Part shown: positions 20,881 through 30,997 of the stretch, in pieces | Layout of the letters: each line of letters begins with the position of its first letter | Numbering within the stretch: the first letter of the stretch is position 1 | DNA from: an uncultured Eubacteriales bacterium | GTDB lineage: Bacteria > Bacillota > Clostridia > Christensenellales > Aristaeellaceae | NCBI GenBank assembly: GCA_902777335.1 | Contig: CACYTF010000008.1 | Coordinates: forward strand, 378-64,377 | Direction of reading: 5' to 3' | Length of the DNA stretch: 64,000 bases | The notes under the pieces: generated by a model | Seen by the model: only the letters and a program-made list of their open reading frames with translations | Databases searched by the model: none | What the model was told of the DNA's origin: nothing | Translations under genes and position numbers: made by a program

Positions 20881-20976
20881 CCAAAATCACAGGGACGGTT
20901 CTCTGTGTCATTGACACAGAGAACCGTCCCTGTGATTTTGGCCGAGTGACACAGAGAACCGTCCCCCTGATTTTGG
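20881..20976. repeat. REP family A: one 61-bp palindrome (20881-20941) plus a half copy (20946-20976)
   Basis: CCAAAATCACAGGGACGGTTCTCTGTGTCATTGACACAGAGAACCGTCCCTGTGATTTTGG ccga GTGACACAGAGAACCGTCCCCCTGATTTTGG. Confidence 0.9.
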
Positions 20977-21032
20977 CCGGACAAAGCGAAGGCGGGGGAA
21001 CTCGCGTTCCCCCGCCGTTCATTGGGGTTGGA

Positions 21033-21146
21033 TCAACCCTGCTTCTGCTTGTGCTTGGGATTGTCGCAGATGACCATGACACGGCCCTTGCGCTTGATGA
21101 TCTTGCACTTTTCGCAGATGGGCTTCACGGAAGGTCTCACTTTCAT
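21033..21146 (-). CDS. rpmJ: 50S ribosomal protein L36
   Basis: Own translation (below the ORF-track size cutoff): [46 protein letters not shown]. Confidence 0.95.
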   Translation of the reverse strand: MKVRPSVKPICEKCKIIKRKGRVMVICDNPKHKQKQG

Positions 21147-21227
21147 GATGACATAGCCTCCTATCTTTTTCGGATCGCGCCAGCCGTTCAACCGTTCGGC
21201 TGAAACGATCTGACAGGATAATTGGGT

Positions 21228-21449
21228 TCAGCTCTTGGAGCGCCAGGTGATGCGACCGCGGGTCAGATCATAGGGCGAGAGCTCAATCGTTACCTTGTCG
21301 CCGGGGTAGATGCGGATGTAGTTCATGCGCATCTTGCCGGAGACGTGCGCCAGTATCTTATGCCCGTTGGGCAGCTGGACTTCGAACATGGCGTTCGGAA
21401 AGGCTTCCGTGACAACGCCTTCAACTTCAATAACATCAGACTTGGACAA
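21228..21449 (-). CDS. infA: Translation initiation factor IF-1
   Basis: [70 protein letters not shown]. Confidence 0.97.
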   Translation of the reverse strand: MSKSDVIEVEGVVTEAFPNAMFEVQLPNGHKILAHVSGKMRMNYIRIYPGDKVTIELSPYDLTRGRITWRSKS

Positions 21450-21723
21450 GCTTTTCCTCCTCCTCGCTCAACCAGGCGCGCAATTCATGATCCTCTATCG
21501 GCCGGCCTTCGGTCAGCCGCTCGCGTACCGCCTGCACCACGGTGCCCGTGGGCTTCAGGTGCCTGCGGCGCTTTTTCTTCTGGCGATCCATCTTCCTGAG
21601 AGCGCCGTTGGCGACCATCACAAAATCGTCGTCCACTTCCGCCACGACCAGGAACAGTCTCCCCCGGTCGCGGCCGGCCTTTGAAATGACAATACTGCCA
21701 AGCTCTACCGGCAAGCGCATCAT
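21436..21723 (-). CDS. KOW-domain RNA-binding protein (conserved map-infA spacer gene of Firmicutes)
   Basis: [27 protein letters not shown]...[10 protein letters not shown]. Position between map and infA. Confidence 0.75.
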   Translation of the reverse strand: MMRLPVELGSIVISKAGRDRGRLFLVVAEVDDDFVMVANGALRKMDRQKKKRRRHLKPTGTVVQAVRERLTEGRPIEDHELRAWLSEEEEKLVQV

Positions 21724-22493
21724 GGCAGGACCTCCGACACCTTCTTGCCCGGCCAGGACAGAAGCTCCGGTTCACTGTCGGTGATCAGCAGCGTGTGCTC
21801 GTAGTGGGAGCAGGGGCTGCCGTCCCTTGTGACGATGGTCCAGCCGTCGTCCTCCTGGTACACCTTCCAGGTGCCCATGGAGATCATCGGCTCGATGGTG
21901 ATGGTCATGCCCTTCTGCAGGCGCACACCCCGGCCGGGGTTGCCGTAGTTGGGCACGTTCGGGTCCTCGTGCATTTCGATGCCGATGCCGTGGCCGCACA
22001 GATCGCGGATCACGCCGTAGCCGTGGGCCTCGGCGTAGGCCTGCACCGCGTGGCCGATATCGCCGAGGCGGTTGCCCGCCACGGCCTGCCGCGCGCCCAG
22101 CCAGAAGCACTTTTCGGTGACGTCCACCAGCTTTTGCTTCTCGGGCTCGCCGCCGCCCACCACCACGGAAAACGCGCTGTCGGACTGCCAGCCGTCCAGT
22201 ATGCAGGTGCAATCGACGGACAGCAACTGCCCCTTGCGCAGCTTGGTCTTGTTCGGGAAGCCGTGAACCACCTGATCATCGACGGAAGCACAGATGGAAG
22301 ACGGGAAGCCGTTGTACCCTTTCGAGGAGGGAATTCCCCCGCCCTCGCGGATGAGCCTTTCGGCCATCTGGTCCAGGTAGTGGGTCGTTACACCCGGTTC
22401 GATCTCCCCGCGCAGCTTTTCGAGCACCTCGTGCAGAAGCGCCCCGGCCGCGCGCATCTTTTCGATCTGTGATTCATTCTTGATCGTGATCAT
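21720..22493 (-). CDS. map: Type I methionine aminopeptidase
   Basis: MITIKNESQIEKMRAAGALL...VVHGFP...DCTCILDGWQSD...GHGIGIEMHEDP...TIEPM...YEHT. Confidence 0.95.
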   Translation of the reverse strand: MITIKNESQIEKMRAAGALLHEVLEKLRGEIEPGVTTHYLDQMAERLIREGGGIPSSKGYNGFPSSICASVDDQVVHGFPNKTKLRKGQLLSVDCTCILDGWQSDSAFSVVVGGGEPEKQKLVDVTEKCFWLGARQAVAGNRLGDIGHAVQAYAEAHGYGVIRDLCGHGIGIEMHEDPNVPNYGNPGRGVRLQKGMTITIEPMISMGTWKVYQEDDGWTIVTRDGSPCSHYEHTLLITDSEPELLSWPGKKVSEVLP

Positions 22494-22497
22494 GCTG

Positions 22498-23118
22498 TTA
22501 CTCCAGTGAGGCGAGGATAGCCTTGAAGACCTCCTCCAGGGAACTGTCGCCGTTGACCCGGCGCAGCTTGCCCAGGCCCTTGTAGTAGCCGATCAGCGGT
22601 TCGGTGGACTCGTGATAAGCCTTGAGCCGCGTGGCGATCGTCTCGGGCTGGTCGTCGCTGCGATGGATCATCGTGCCGCCGCAGACGGGGCAGATGTTCT
22701 CATCGGCGAGCTTGGAAATGTGGAAGGTGCCTTGGCACTTGCCACAGATCCGGCGCCCCGTCAAGCGGCTGAGCAGCCGCTCGTCGGGAACGTCGATATC
22801 CACCACGGCGTCGGGCGCGCTGATCGAATCCAGCGCGATCGCCTGATCCACCGTGCGGGGAAAACCATCCAGCAGATACCCGTTGGCGCAGTCGTCCATC
22901 GACAGGCGCTCGCGCACCATGGCGATGGTCACGCTGTCGGGTACCAGTTCGCCGGCGTCCATGTAGCGCTTGGCCTCCAGGCCCGTGGGGGTCTGGTTCT
23001 TGATGGCCGAGCGGAACATGTCGCCCGTCGAAATGTGCGGCACGCCCAGGTGCGCGCTCACACCGGCTGCCTGAGTGCCCTTCCCGGCTCCGGGAGGGCC
23101 CAGAAAGATCAGCTTCAT
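22498..23118 (-). CDS. adk: Adenylate kinase
   Basis: MKLIFLGPPGAGKGTQA...ISTGDMFR...GYLLDGFPRT. Zn-lid CGKC...CPVCGG. Confidence 0.96.
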   Translation of the reverse strand: MKLIFLGPPGAGKGTQAAGVSAHLGVPHISTGDMFRSAIKNQTPTGLEAKRYMDAGELVPDSVTIAMVRERLSMDDCANGYLLDGFPRTVDQAIALDSISAPDAVVDIDVPDERLLSRLTGRRICGKCQGTFHISKLADENICPVCGGTMIHRSDDQPETIATRLKAYHESTEPLIGYYKGLGKLRRVNGDSSLEEVFKAILASLE

Positions 23119-23144
23119 ACGGTTTCCTCCATAATTGAAGTCGG

Positions 23145-24404
23145 TCAGTTCAGGAAGCCCTTGTAGTGACGCATCAGCATCTGGCTCTCCAGCTCGCGCA
23201 TGGTCTCCATCGCGACCGACACCGCGATCAGCAGCGAGGACGCCGCGAAGGGCAGGCTTACGCCGGCAATGGAGTAGATGATCATCGGGATCACGGCCAG
23301 CACGGCCAGGTAGATGGCGCCGAACATGGTGATGCGGTGGGTGATCTTCTTGATGTAGTCGCTGGTGGGCTTGCCCTGGCGAATGCCGGGGATCATGCCG
23401 CCGTTGTTCTGGATGTTCTTCGCGATCTCCACCGGGTTGAAGGAGATCTCAGAGTAGAAGAACGTGAACCCGAAGATCATCAGCGCGAAGATCACCTGAT
23501 ACAGCAGGTGCGTGGAGCTGACGTGCGCGGTCCACCAGGCGTTCGCGCCGGAGTTCGGGAAGAACGCCAGTATGGTGGCCGGGAACTGCATGATCGCGTT
23601 GGCGAAGATCAGCGGCAGCACGCCGGAAGCGTTCAGCTTCAGCGGGATGTGGGTGCTCTGGCCGCCGTACATCTTCCGGCCCACCATGCGCTTGGCATAC
23701 TGGATGCGGATGCGGCGCTCGGCCAGGTCCACCAGCACGATGCCCACAACCAGTATGATGAACACCACCAGGGAAGCGATGACCGCGGGAATGCTGACCG
23801 CTTCGGGATGGGTGAAGATGTTGTAGACATTGGTGCCCACGCTGCGGGCCAGGTTGGAGATGATGCCGGCAAAGATCAGAAGGCTGATGCCGTTGCCGAT
23901 GCCGTTCTCGGTGATGCGCTCGCCCATCCACATGGCGATCGCGGTGCCCGCCGACAGGCAGAAGCCGATGGTGATCAGGCCCAGGAAGCCGTTGGTGGCG
24001 TTGGCGTGCAGGCCGATGGTCAGCGCGATGGCCTGAACGAAGCCCAGGCCCACGGTGACGTAACGGGTGATCTGCGCGATCTTCTTGCGGCCCTCCTCGC
24101 CTTCCTTCTGCATCTCCTCCAGCTTCGGGATGGCCACGCACAGCAGCTGCATGATGATGCTCGCGTTGATGTACGGGGTGATGCCCATCGCCATGATGGT
24201 GTAGTTGGAAAGGTCGGAGCCGGTCATCGAGTTGATGAAGCCCAGCAGGGAGTACTTCTCCAGCGCCGAAGCGATCATGCTGGTGTTGACGCCCGGGGTG
24301 GGCACGTAGCACAGCAGCCGGTAGATCAGCAGCATGCCCAGCGTGTAGAGTATCTTTTTGCGAAGCTCGGCGATCTTCCAAGCGTTCTTCAATGTCTCAA
24401 GCAT
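23145..24404 (-). CDS. secY: Preprotein translocase subunit SecY
   Basis: 419 aa, 10 TM, MLETLKNAWKIAELRKKILYTLGMLLIYRL...GITPYINASIIMQLL. Confidence 0.96.
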   Translation of the reverse strand: MLETLKNAWKIAELRKKILYTLGMLLIYRLLCYVPTPGVNTSMIASALEKYSLLGFINSMTGSDLSNYTIMAMGITPYINASIIMQLLCVAIPKLEEMQKEGEEGRKKIAQITRYVTVGLGFVQAIALTIGLHANATNGFLGLITIGFCLSAGTAIAMWMGERITENGIGNGISLLIFAGIISNLARSVGTNVYNIFTHPEAVSIPAVIASLVVFIILVVGIVLVDLAERRIRIQYAKRMVGRKMYGGQSTHIPLKLNASGVLPLIFANAIMQFPATILAFFPNSGANAWWTAHVSSTHLLYQVIFALMIFGFTFFYSEISFNPVEIAKNIQNNGGMIPGIRQGKPTSDYIKKITHRITMFGAIYLAVLAVIPMIIYSIAGVSLPFAASSLLIAVSVAMETMRELESQMLMRHYKGFLN

Positions 24405-24405
24405 A

Positions 24406-24846
24406 TCAGAACACCTCTACTTTCCCGCCTGCCGCCTCGATCTTCTCCTTGGCCGTGGCGGTGAACTTGTTCGCCTGCACGGTCAGCTTTTTGGTGATTT
24501 CGCCGTTGCCGAGGATCTTCACGCCGTCCTGAACGTTCTTCAGGATGCCGGCCTGGATCAGCTCGACCGGGGATACGACCTCGCCGTCCTCAAAGATGTT
24601 GAGGCGGTCGACATTCACCGTCGCGTACTCCACGCGCCACTTGTTGGTGAACCCGCGCTTGGGCAGGCGCATGGTCAGGGGCATCTGGCCGCCCTCGAAG
24701 CCGGGCCGCTTGCCGCCGCCGGAGCGGGCCTTCGCGCCCTTGTGGCCTTTGCCGGAGGTCTTGCCCAGACCGGAACCCGTGCCGCGCCCCAGGCGCTTCG
24801 GGGCCGTGGTTGCGCCCACGGCGGGTTTGAGATCATGAAGTTTCAT
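24406..24846 (-). CDS. rplO: 50S ribosomal protein L15
   Basis: [44 protein letters not shown]. Confidence 0.96.
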   Translation of the reverse strand: MKLHDLKPAVGATTAPKRLGRGTGSGLGKTSGKGHKGAKARSGGGKRPGFEGGQMPLTMRLPKRGFTNKWRVEYATVNVDRLNIFEDGEVVSPVELIQAGILKNVQDGVKILGNGEITKKLTVQANKFTATAKEKIEAAGGKVEVF

Positions 24847-24861
24847 GTTTGGCGGACCTCC

Positions 24862-25044
24862 TTATTCCTGAATCTCTTCGACCTTGACCATGTGCTTGAC
24901 CTTGAAGATCATGCCGCGGACGGCGGGGTTGTCTTCCTTCACGACGGTGTGGCCGATGTGATGGAGGCCCAGCGCCTCGATGGTGGCGATCTGATCCTTC
25001 AGGCACGCGATGGTGGATTTGGTCTGCGTAATCTTAAGCTTCAT
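24862..25044 (-). CDS. rpmD: 50S ribosomal protein L30
   Basis: [46 protein letters not shown]. Confidence 0.95.
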   Translation of the reverse strand: MKLKITQTKSTIACLKDQIATIEALGLHHIGHTVVKEDNPAVRGMIFKVKHMVKVEEIQE

Positions 25045-25058
25045 ATCGTTGTACCCCC

Positions 25059-25562
25059 TTAACCGAGCAGCTCTTCAACCGTCTTGCCGCGCATGGCCGC
25101 GACCTGCTCGGCGCTGCGAAGCTGCTTCAGGCCCGCCAGGGTGGCGCGAACCATGTTGATCTTGTTGTTGGAGCCGATGCTCTTGGTCACGATGTCCTTG
25201 ATGCCGGCGGCTTCCAGGACAGCGCGCACCGGGCCGCCGGCGATCACGCCGGTGCCCTCGGGAGCGGGCAGCATCTTCACCTTGCCGGTGCCGAACACGC
25301 CCACCACCTCGTGGGGGATCGTGGTGCCGTTCAGCGGGATGGTGACCATGGACTTCTTGGCGTCCTCAAGGCCCTTGCGGATGGCCTCGGGGATTTCAAC
25401 CGCCTTGCCCATGCCGCAGCCAACGGTGCCGGGGTTCTCGGTGTCGCCCACCACCATCAGTGCGGAGAACCGCATGTTGCGGCCGCCCTTGACGGTCTTG
25501 GACACGCGATTGACGGCAACCAGCTTTTCCAAATATCTGTTGTCTTCTTCTCTGCGCTGCAT
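25059..25562 (-). CDS. rpsE: 30S ribosomal protein S5
   Basis: ...[30 protein letters not shown]...[21 protein letters not shown]. Confidence 0.96.
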   Translation of the reverse strand: MQRREEDNRYLEKLVAVNRVSKTVKGGRNMRFSALMVVGDTENPGTVGCGMGKAVEIPEAIRKGLEDAKKSMVTIPLNGTTIPHEVVGVFGTGKVKMLPAPEGTGVIAGGPVRAVLEAAGIKDIVTKSIGSNNKINMVRATLAGLKQLRSAEQVAAMRGKTVEELLG

Positions 25563-25581
25563 TGCTATTTACCCTCCTAAA

Positions 25582-25950
25582 TCAGAAGTCCAGACCGCCT
25601 TCGCGGGCGCCGGCTGCAAGCTCGGCCACGCGACCGGTGTAGATATAGCCGCCGCGATCAAAGACGACTTCCTTGATGCCGGCCTTGATGGCGCGCTCAG
25701 CGACGATCTTGCCGACCAGGCGGGCCTCGCCCTTCTTGTCGACCTCGCCCAGCTGAGCGGCGATCTCCTTTTCGACGGTGCTCGCCGCGGCCAGGGTGTT
25801 GCCGGCTACGTCGTCAATGACCTGAGCATAGATGTGCTTGTTGCTGCGAAATACGCAAAGCCGGGGACGAGCGGGCGTCCCGCTGATCTTTTTGCGCACG
25901 CGCTCGTGACGGATCTTGCGAACCTCGTTGCGGTCACGCTTGTTAAACAT
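25582..25950 (-). CDS. rplR: 50S ribosomal protein L18
   Basis: ...[34 protein letters not shown]...[26 protein letters not shown]. Confidence 0.96.
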   Translation of the reverse strand: MFNKRDRNEVRKIRHERVRKKISGTPARPRLCVFRSNKHIYAQVIDDVAGNTLAAASTVEKEIAAQLGEVDKKGEARLVGKIVAERAIKAGIKEVVFDRGGYIYTGRVAELAAGAREGGLDF

Positions 25951-25968
25951 TTGCGGTTACCTCCCTCA

Positions 25969-26517
25969 TTACTTCTTACCGGCCTTGCCTTCCTTGTGAC
26001 GCACGTACTCACCGTCGTAGCGGATGCCCTTGCCGTGGTACGGCTCAGGCTTGCGGATGGCGCGGATGTCCGCGGCCACGGCGCCGACCAGCTGCTTGTC
26101 GATGCCCTTCACGGTGATCTTCACGTTGCTCTTGTCCACGTCGAACTCGATGCCCTGGGGGGCGTCCACGATCACGGGATGCGAGTAACCGATGGCGATG
26201 GTCAGCTGGTTCTTGTTCCACTCGGCGACACGCCAGCCGACGCCCTGGATCTCCAAGCCCTTCTCAAAACCCTTGGTCACGCCGGTGACCATGTTGTTGA
26301 TCAGAGACCGGTACAAACCATGCATCGAGCGGTGGGGCTTGCTGTCGGACGGACGGGACACGAGCACCTCGGCGCCGACCTGTTCGACCTTGATATCCTT
26401 ATTTACCTTCTGACTCAGTTCACCCTTGGGGCCCTTGACGGTCACGGTGTTGTCGTCCGCGATGGTCACGGTCACGCCGGCGGGCACCTGAATCGGAAGT
26501 CTACCGATTCGACTCAT
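25969..26517 (-). CDS. rplF: 50S ribosomal protein L6
   Basis: [36 protein letters not shown]...[11 protein letters not shown]. Confidence 0.96.
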   Translation of the reverse strand: MSRIGRLPIQVPAGVTVTIADDNTVTVKGPKGELSQKVNKDIKVEQVGAEVLVSRPSDSKPHRSMHGLYRSLINNMVTGVTKGFEKGLEIQGVGWRVAEWNKNQLTIAIGYSHPVIVDAPQGIEFDVDKSNVKITVKGIDKQLVGAVAADIRAIRKPEPYHGKGIRYDGEYVRHKEGKAGKK

Positions 26518-26538
26518 TCTATTGCACCTCCAACATTA

Positions 26539-26940
26539 TTACCAGATATAGGCCAGAACTTCGCCGCCGACGCCCGCGTTGCGGGCCTCCTTATCGGTCA
26601 TCACGCCCTTGGACGTGGACACGATGGCGATACCCAGGCCGCCCAGGACCTTCGGGATCTCGTTGTTCCTGGCGTAAACGCGCAGTCCGGGCTTGGAGAT
26701 GCGCTTGAGGCCCTTGATGACGGATTCCTTGCCCTGCACGTACTTCAGGGCGATCTTGATCTGTCCCTGTACGCCGTCATCGACATAGTCAACCGACTTG
26801 ATGTAGCCTTCGTCCAGCAGAATCTTGGCGATGGCCTTCTTCATGTTGGAAGCGGGCACCGTCACGCTGTCGTGTCTGGCAATCAGGCCATTGCGGATCC
26901 TGGTGAGCATATCCGCGATGGGATCATTAATAACAGCCAT
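26539..26940 (-). CDS. rpsH: 30S ribosomal protein S8
   Basis: [47 protein letters not shown]. Confidence 0.96.
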   Translation of the reverse strand: MAVINDPIADMLTRIRNGLIARHDSVTVPASNMKKAIAKILLDEGYIKSVDYVDDGVQGQIKIALKYVQGKESVIKGLKRISKPGLRVYARNNEIPKVLGGLGIAIVSTSKGVMTDKEARNAGVGGEVLAYIW

Positions 26941-26965
26941 TTCGTTACCTCCTTAAACTGCCGGA

Positions 26966-27151
26966 TTACCAGCTGGCCTTGCGAATGCCCGGGATCTGGC
27001 CCGCGTAGGCCAGTTCGCGGAAGCAGATGCGGCACACGCCGTACTTGCGCAGCACGGAATGGGGCCGACCGCAGATGCGGCAGCGGGTATAGGCGCGGGT
27101 CGAGAACTTCGCGGGCCTCGCCTGCTTGATCTTCATGCTTGTCTTAGCCAC
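26966..27151 (-). CDS. rpsN: 30S ribosomal protein S14, zinc-binding type Z
   Basis: 61 aa, [38 protein letters not shown]. Confidence 0.95.
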   Translation of the reverse strand: MAKTSMKIKQARPAKFSTRAYTRCRICGRPHSVLRKYGVCRICFRELAYAGQIPGIRKASW

Positions 27152-27170
27152 GTTGAATTTCCTCCTTCAA

Positions 27171-27713
27171 TCAGGCCTGCTGGAACGGCATGCCCAGAAG
27201 GCGGAGCAGTTCCCTGGCTTCCTCGTCGGTCTTGGCGGTGGTGACGAAAATCATCTCCATGCCGCGGATCTTTTCAACCTTGTCGTACTCGATCTCGGGG
27301 AAAATCAGCTGCTCGCGAACGCCCAGGCTGTAGTTGCCGCGGCCGTCGAAGGCCTTGGTGGAAACGCCGCGGAAGTCGCGCACGCGGGGCAGCACGATGC
27401 TCACAAGCTTGTCGGCGAACTCATACATCCTGTCGCCGCGCAGGGTCACCTTCGCGCCGACGTTCATGCCGGAGCGCAGCTTGAAGTTCGCGATGGACTT
27501 CTTCGCCTTGGTCACCAGGGGCTTCTGACCCGCGATGGTGGTCAACTCCTCCACGGCCAGCTCCAGCGCCTTGGCGTTGTCCTTGCAATCGCCCAGGCCC
27601 ATGTTGATAACGATCTTCTCCAGGCGCGGGATCTCCATGACGTTCTTGTACTCGAAGCGCTGCTTCAGCGCCGGCACGACCTCCGCGCGGTACTTATCCT
27701 TTAATCTTGCCAC
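27171..27713 (-). CDS. rplE: 50S ribosomal protein L5
   Basis: [42 protein letters not shown]. Confidence 0.96.
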   Translation of the reverse strand: MARLKDKYRAEVVPALKQRFEYKNVMEIPRLEKIVINMGLGDCKDNAKALELAVEELTTIAGQKPLVTKAKKSIANFKLRSGMNVGAKVTLRGDRMYEFADKLVSIVLPRVRDFRGVSTKAFDGRGNYSLGVREQLIFPEIEYDKVEKIRGMEMIFVTTAKTDEEARELLRLLGMPFQQA

Positions 27714-27734
27714 AGTGCCAATCCTCCCTTAACA

Positions 27735-28085
27735 TCAGTTGTCAAAGACCGCTTTGCACTGCTTGCACACGCGGCGCTTGCGGCGAGAGGCCTTGCCTTC
27801 GCCCTCGATGAACACATGGCCGATGCGCGTGGGCTTGCCGCACTTGGGGCAGATCACCATCACGTTGGAGGCGTCGATGGGCGCTTCCTTTTCGATGATG
27901 CCGCCGGGCATGCCCTGTCCGCGGGGCTTCTGGTGCTTCTTCACCAGGTTGATGCCTTCGACGATGATCCGGCCGGTCTCGGGGAAGACCTTCTTAACCT
28001 TGCCGGTATTGTCCTTCTTGTTCTTGTCCTCGCCGGAGATGACCTTGACGGTATCGCCGACCTTAACCTTAAGCTTCACTGCCAT
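27735..28085 (-). CDS. rplX: 50S ribosomal protein L24
   Basis: MAVKLKVKVGDTVKVISGEDKNK...GKVKKVFPETGRIIVEGINLVKKHQKP. Confidence 0.95.
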   Translation of the reverse strand: MAVKLKVKVGDTVKVISGEDKNKKDNTGKVKKVFPETGRIIVEGINLVKKHQKPRGQGMPGGIIEKEAPIDASNVMVICPKCGKPTRIGHVFIEGEGKASRRKRRVCKQCKAVFDN

Positions 28086-28098
28086 GGTAGCACCTCCA

Positions 28099-28467
28099 TT
28101 AAAGCACTTCGGGCGCCAGCGAAACGATCTTCATATAATCCTTTTCGCGGAGCTCGCGAGCCACGGGCCCAAAGATGCGGGTGCCCCTGGGCTGCTTCTG
28201 TTCGTTGATGATGACGGCGGCATTGTCGTCAAAGCGGATATAGGTGCCGTCGGGACGGCGATACTGCTTGCGCGTGCGGACGATGACGGCCTTCACGACC
28301 TCGCCCTTCTTCACGGCGCCGCCGGGGGTGGCGCTCTTGACGGAAGCGACGATCACATCGCCCACGCTGCCGGTGCGGCGGAAAGAGCCGCCCAGCACGC
28401 GGAAGCACATGATTTCCTTTGCGCCGGAATTATCGGCTACCTTCAAACGGGTTTGAGGCTGAATCAT
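28099..28467 (-). CDS. rplN: 50S ribosomal protein L14
   Basis: [50 protein letters not shown]. Confidence 0.97.
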   Translation of the reverse strand: MIQPQTRLKVADNSGAKEIMCFRVLGGSFRRTGSVGDVIVASVKSATPGGAVKKGEVVKAVIVRTRKQYRRPDGTYIRFDDNAAVIINEQKQPRGTRIFGPVARELREKDYMKIVSLAPEVL

Positions 28468-28497
28468 ATTTTTCTTCCTCCTTGGGTTTTCGGCGGC

Positions 28498-28758
28498 TTA
28501 CTTCGCCTTTTCGATGATCTCCACGAGGCGCCAGTGCTTGTCCTTGGACAGCGGGCGGGTCTCCATGATCTTCACGGTATCGCCGACGCCGCACTGATTC
28601 TCTTCGTCGTGGGCCTTGATCTTGTTGGTACGGTTCATGATCTTGCCGTACAGGGGATGCTTGACGCGGGTGCGAATCGCGACGACGATGGTCTTGTCCA
28701 TCTTGTCGGAAACAACCACGCCGGTACGAGTCTTGCGCATGCCTCTTACTTCAGCCAT
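28498..28758 (-). CDS. rpsQ: 30S ribosomal protein S17
   Basis: ...[45 protein letters not shown]. Confidence 0.96.
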   Translation of the reverse strand: MAEVRGMRKTRTGVVVSDKMDKTIVVAIRTRVKHPLYGKIMNRTNKIKAHDEENQCGVGDTVKIMETRPLSKDKHWRLVEIIEKAK

Positions 28759-28779
28759 TTTCAGTTGCCTCCTTTCGCG

Positions 28780-28992
28780 TTACGCCTTTTCGGCCAGCTG
28801 GCGCTGGCGGATGACGGTCTTGACCCGCGCGATGCTCTTCTTGCAGTCGCGGATGGCTGCGGTGTTCTGCAGCTGGCCGGTCGCCAGCTGGAAGCGCAGG
28901 TTGAACAGCTCGCTCTTCTTATCCTTCAGATCGGTGTCGAGCTCAGCCATGGTCTTGGCCTGCAGGGCCTTCAGTTCGTCCTTGGTTTTCAT
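28780..28992 (-). CDS. rpmC: 50S ribosomal protein L29
   Basis: [60 protein letters not shown]. Confidence 0.95.
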   Translation of the reverse strand: MKTKDELKALQAKTMAELDTDLKDKKSELFNLRFQLATGQLQNTAAIRDCKKSIARVKTVIRQRQLAEKA

Positions 28993-29441
28993 TGCTCTTC
29001 ACCACCTATCTCGGTTTCGGCAGCTTCCTTCACGGCTTCCTTCTTGATGAACTTGGTCGTGATGGGCAGCTTGTGGGCGGCCAGGCGCAGGGCCTCGCGG
29101 GCCGTCTCTTCGGGGATGCCGGCCATCTCAAACAGCACGCGGCCGGGCTTGACGACGCTCACCCAGTACTCCGGAGCGCCCTTGCCGGAACCCATTCGGG
29201 TTTCAGCGGGCTTGGCGGTGATGGGCTTGTCGGGGAAAATCTTGATCCAGACCTGGCCGCCGCGCTTGGTGCGACGGGTCATGGCCTGACGGGCAGCCTC
29301 GATCTGGTTGGAGGTCACCCAGCCGGGCTGGGTCGCCACGAGGCCGAACTCGCCGTAGGCGATGAAGTTGCCGCGCTGGGCCTTACCCTTCATGCGACCG
29401 CGCTGCTGCTTGCGGTGCTTGACTCTCTTGGGCATCAGCAT
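28989..29441 (-). CDS. rplP: 50S ribosomal protein L16
   Basis: [51 protein letters not shown]. Confidence 0.96.
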   Translation of the reverse strand: MLMPKRVKHRKQQRGRMKGKAQRGNFIAYGEFGLVATQPGWVTSNQIEAARQAMTRRTKRGGQVWIKIFPDKPITAKPAETRMGSGKGAPEYWVSVVKPGRVLFEMAGIPEETAREALRLAAHKLPITTKFIKKEAVKEAAETEIGGEEQ

Positions 29442-29444
29442 TGC

Positions 29445-30284
29445 TTAGTTGCCTCCTTCCTTGCGCTCGGGGCGCTCGGTGCGCTCCCTGCGCTCACCGC
29501 GCGGACCGCGGTCGTTCCTGTCGCCTCGCCTGCGGTCGGAGCGACCGGCAAACGGGCTCTTGATGTCGGTATAGCCCTGCAGAACCTTCTTGCCGTTCTG
29601 GGGCAGCACCTGACCCTTGTAGATCCACACCTTGACGCCGATGCGGCCGTAGGTCGTCCGGGCCTCGCAGAAGCCGTAGTCGATGTTGGCGCGCAGGGTC
29701 TGCAGCGGGATGGAGCCTTCGTGATAGCCCTCGGAGCGGGCGATGTCCGCGCCGCCCAGGCGGCCGGAGACGGAGGTCTTGATGCCCTTGGCGCCGGCCT
29801 TCATGGAGCGGGAGATGGCCTGCTTCATGGCGCGGCGGAAAGAGATGCGCCTCTCCAGCTGCTCGGCGATGCTGTCGGCAACCAGCTGGGCGTCGCAATC
29901 GGGGTTCTTGATCTCCATGATGTCCAGCTGCACCTGACGGCCGGTGTAGTCCTCGAGGCCCTTCTTCAGGAACTCGACGCCCTGGCCGCCCTGGCCGATC
30001 ACAACGCCCGGCTTGGCGGTGTAAACGGTGATGTGCAGCTTGGTGCCCGCGCGATGCACGTCGATGCGGGAGATGCTGGGGTTCGCGCCGCGGAAGTCAC
30101 GCTTTTCCTTCACGGCGCCGCCGCGCTGCTTGCCGAAGTCGTCGATCAGCTTCGGCACGAGCTTGCGGATGTTGTAGTCTTCAATCAGGTTGTTGGAAAA
30201 ATCCTTTTTGCCAGCGTACCATTTGGTGCTCCAGTCCAGGATGACACCAACGCGAGCGCCGTGGGGATTAACTTTCTGTCCCAT
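29445..30284 (-). CDS. rpsC: 30S ribosomal protein S3 (basic C-terminal extension)
   Basis: [29 protein letters not shown]...[21 protein letters not shown]. Confidence 0.96.
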   Translation of the reverse strand: MGQKVNPHGARVGVILDWSTKWYAGKKDFSNNLIEDYNIRKLVPKLIDDFGKQRGGAVKEKRDFRGANPSISRIDVHRAGTKLHITVYTAKPGVVIGQGGQGVEFLKKGLEDYTGRQVQLDIMEIKNPDCDAQLVADSIAEQLERRISFRRAMKQAISRSMKAGAKGIKTSVSGRLGGADIARSEGYHEGSIPLQTLRANIDYGFCEARTTYGRIGVKVWIYKGQVLPQNGKKVLQGYTDIKSPFAGRSDRRRGDRNDRGPRGERRERTERPERKEGGN

Positions 30285-30297
30285 TTTATATCCTCCC

Positions 30298-30678
30298 TCA
30301 CTTCTGGTCGAGCACGATCGTAATGTGGCTGGTGTACTTCTTGATCATGTCGGCACGACCGTGGGAACGCGCCCAATAGCGCTTCAGGGTCGGGCCCTGA
30401 TTGGCGTACACCTCTGCCACATACAGGCTGGAGCGGTCCAGCTCCTTGACTTCTGCGTTCGCGATCGCGCTGTTCAGCAGTTTTTCAACCACGGGAGCTG
30501 CGCTCTTGGGCGTATACATGAGGATTGCCAGCGCGTCGTCTACCTGCTTGCCGCGGATCAGATCCACAACGATCTTCGCCTTGCGGGGCGCTACGCGGAC
30601 GTACTTGGCAGTCGCGCGGGGGCGCTTGTCGGCATTGGCCTGGCGCGCCGCGGCCTTCTCTTTAACACGAGTTGCCAT
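30298..30678 (-). CDS. rplV: 50S ribosomal protein L22
   Basis: ...[55 protein letters not shown]. Confidence 0.96.
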   Translation of the reverse strand: MATRVKEKAAARQANADKRPRATAKYVRVAPRKAKIVVDLIRGKQVDDALAILMYTPKSAAPVVEKLLNSAIANAEVKELDRSSLYVAEVYANQGPTLKRYWARSHGRADMIKKYTSHITIVLDQK

Positions 30679-30696
30679 ATCTTTTCTCTCCTTCCG

Positions 30697-30975
30697 TTAC
30701 TTGCGGGATGACGCTTTTTCACCGGCGTGTCCCCTGAAGGTACGGGTGGGGGCGAATTCGCCGAACTTGTGTCCGACCATATCCTCGGTTACATAGACCG
30801 GAACATGCTTGCGGCCGTCATGGACGGCAACCGTGTGACCGATGAAATCCGGGAAGATCGTGGATGCGCGGGACCAGGTCTTCAGAACCTTCTTGTCGCC
30901 GTTGGCGTTCATTTCCTGCACGCGCTTGAGCAGCGCGGGCTGAATGAAGGGACCCTTTTTAACTGATCTGCTCAT
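30697..30975 (-). CDS. rpsS: 30S ribosomal protein S19
   Basis: [19 protein letters not shown]...[48 protein letters not shown]. Confidence 0.97.
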   Translation of the reverse strand: MSRSVKKGPFIQPALLKRVQEMNANGDKKVLKTWSRASTIFPDFIGHTVAVHDGRKHVPVYVTEDMVGHKFGEFAPTRTFRGHAGEKASSRK

Positions 30976-30997
30976 ATGGTTTGCCTCCTTTCAGGCC

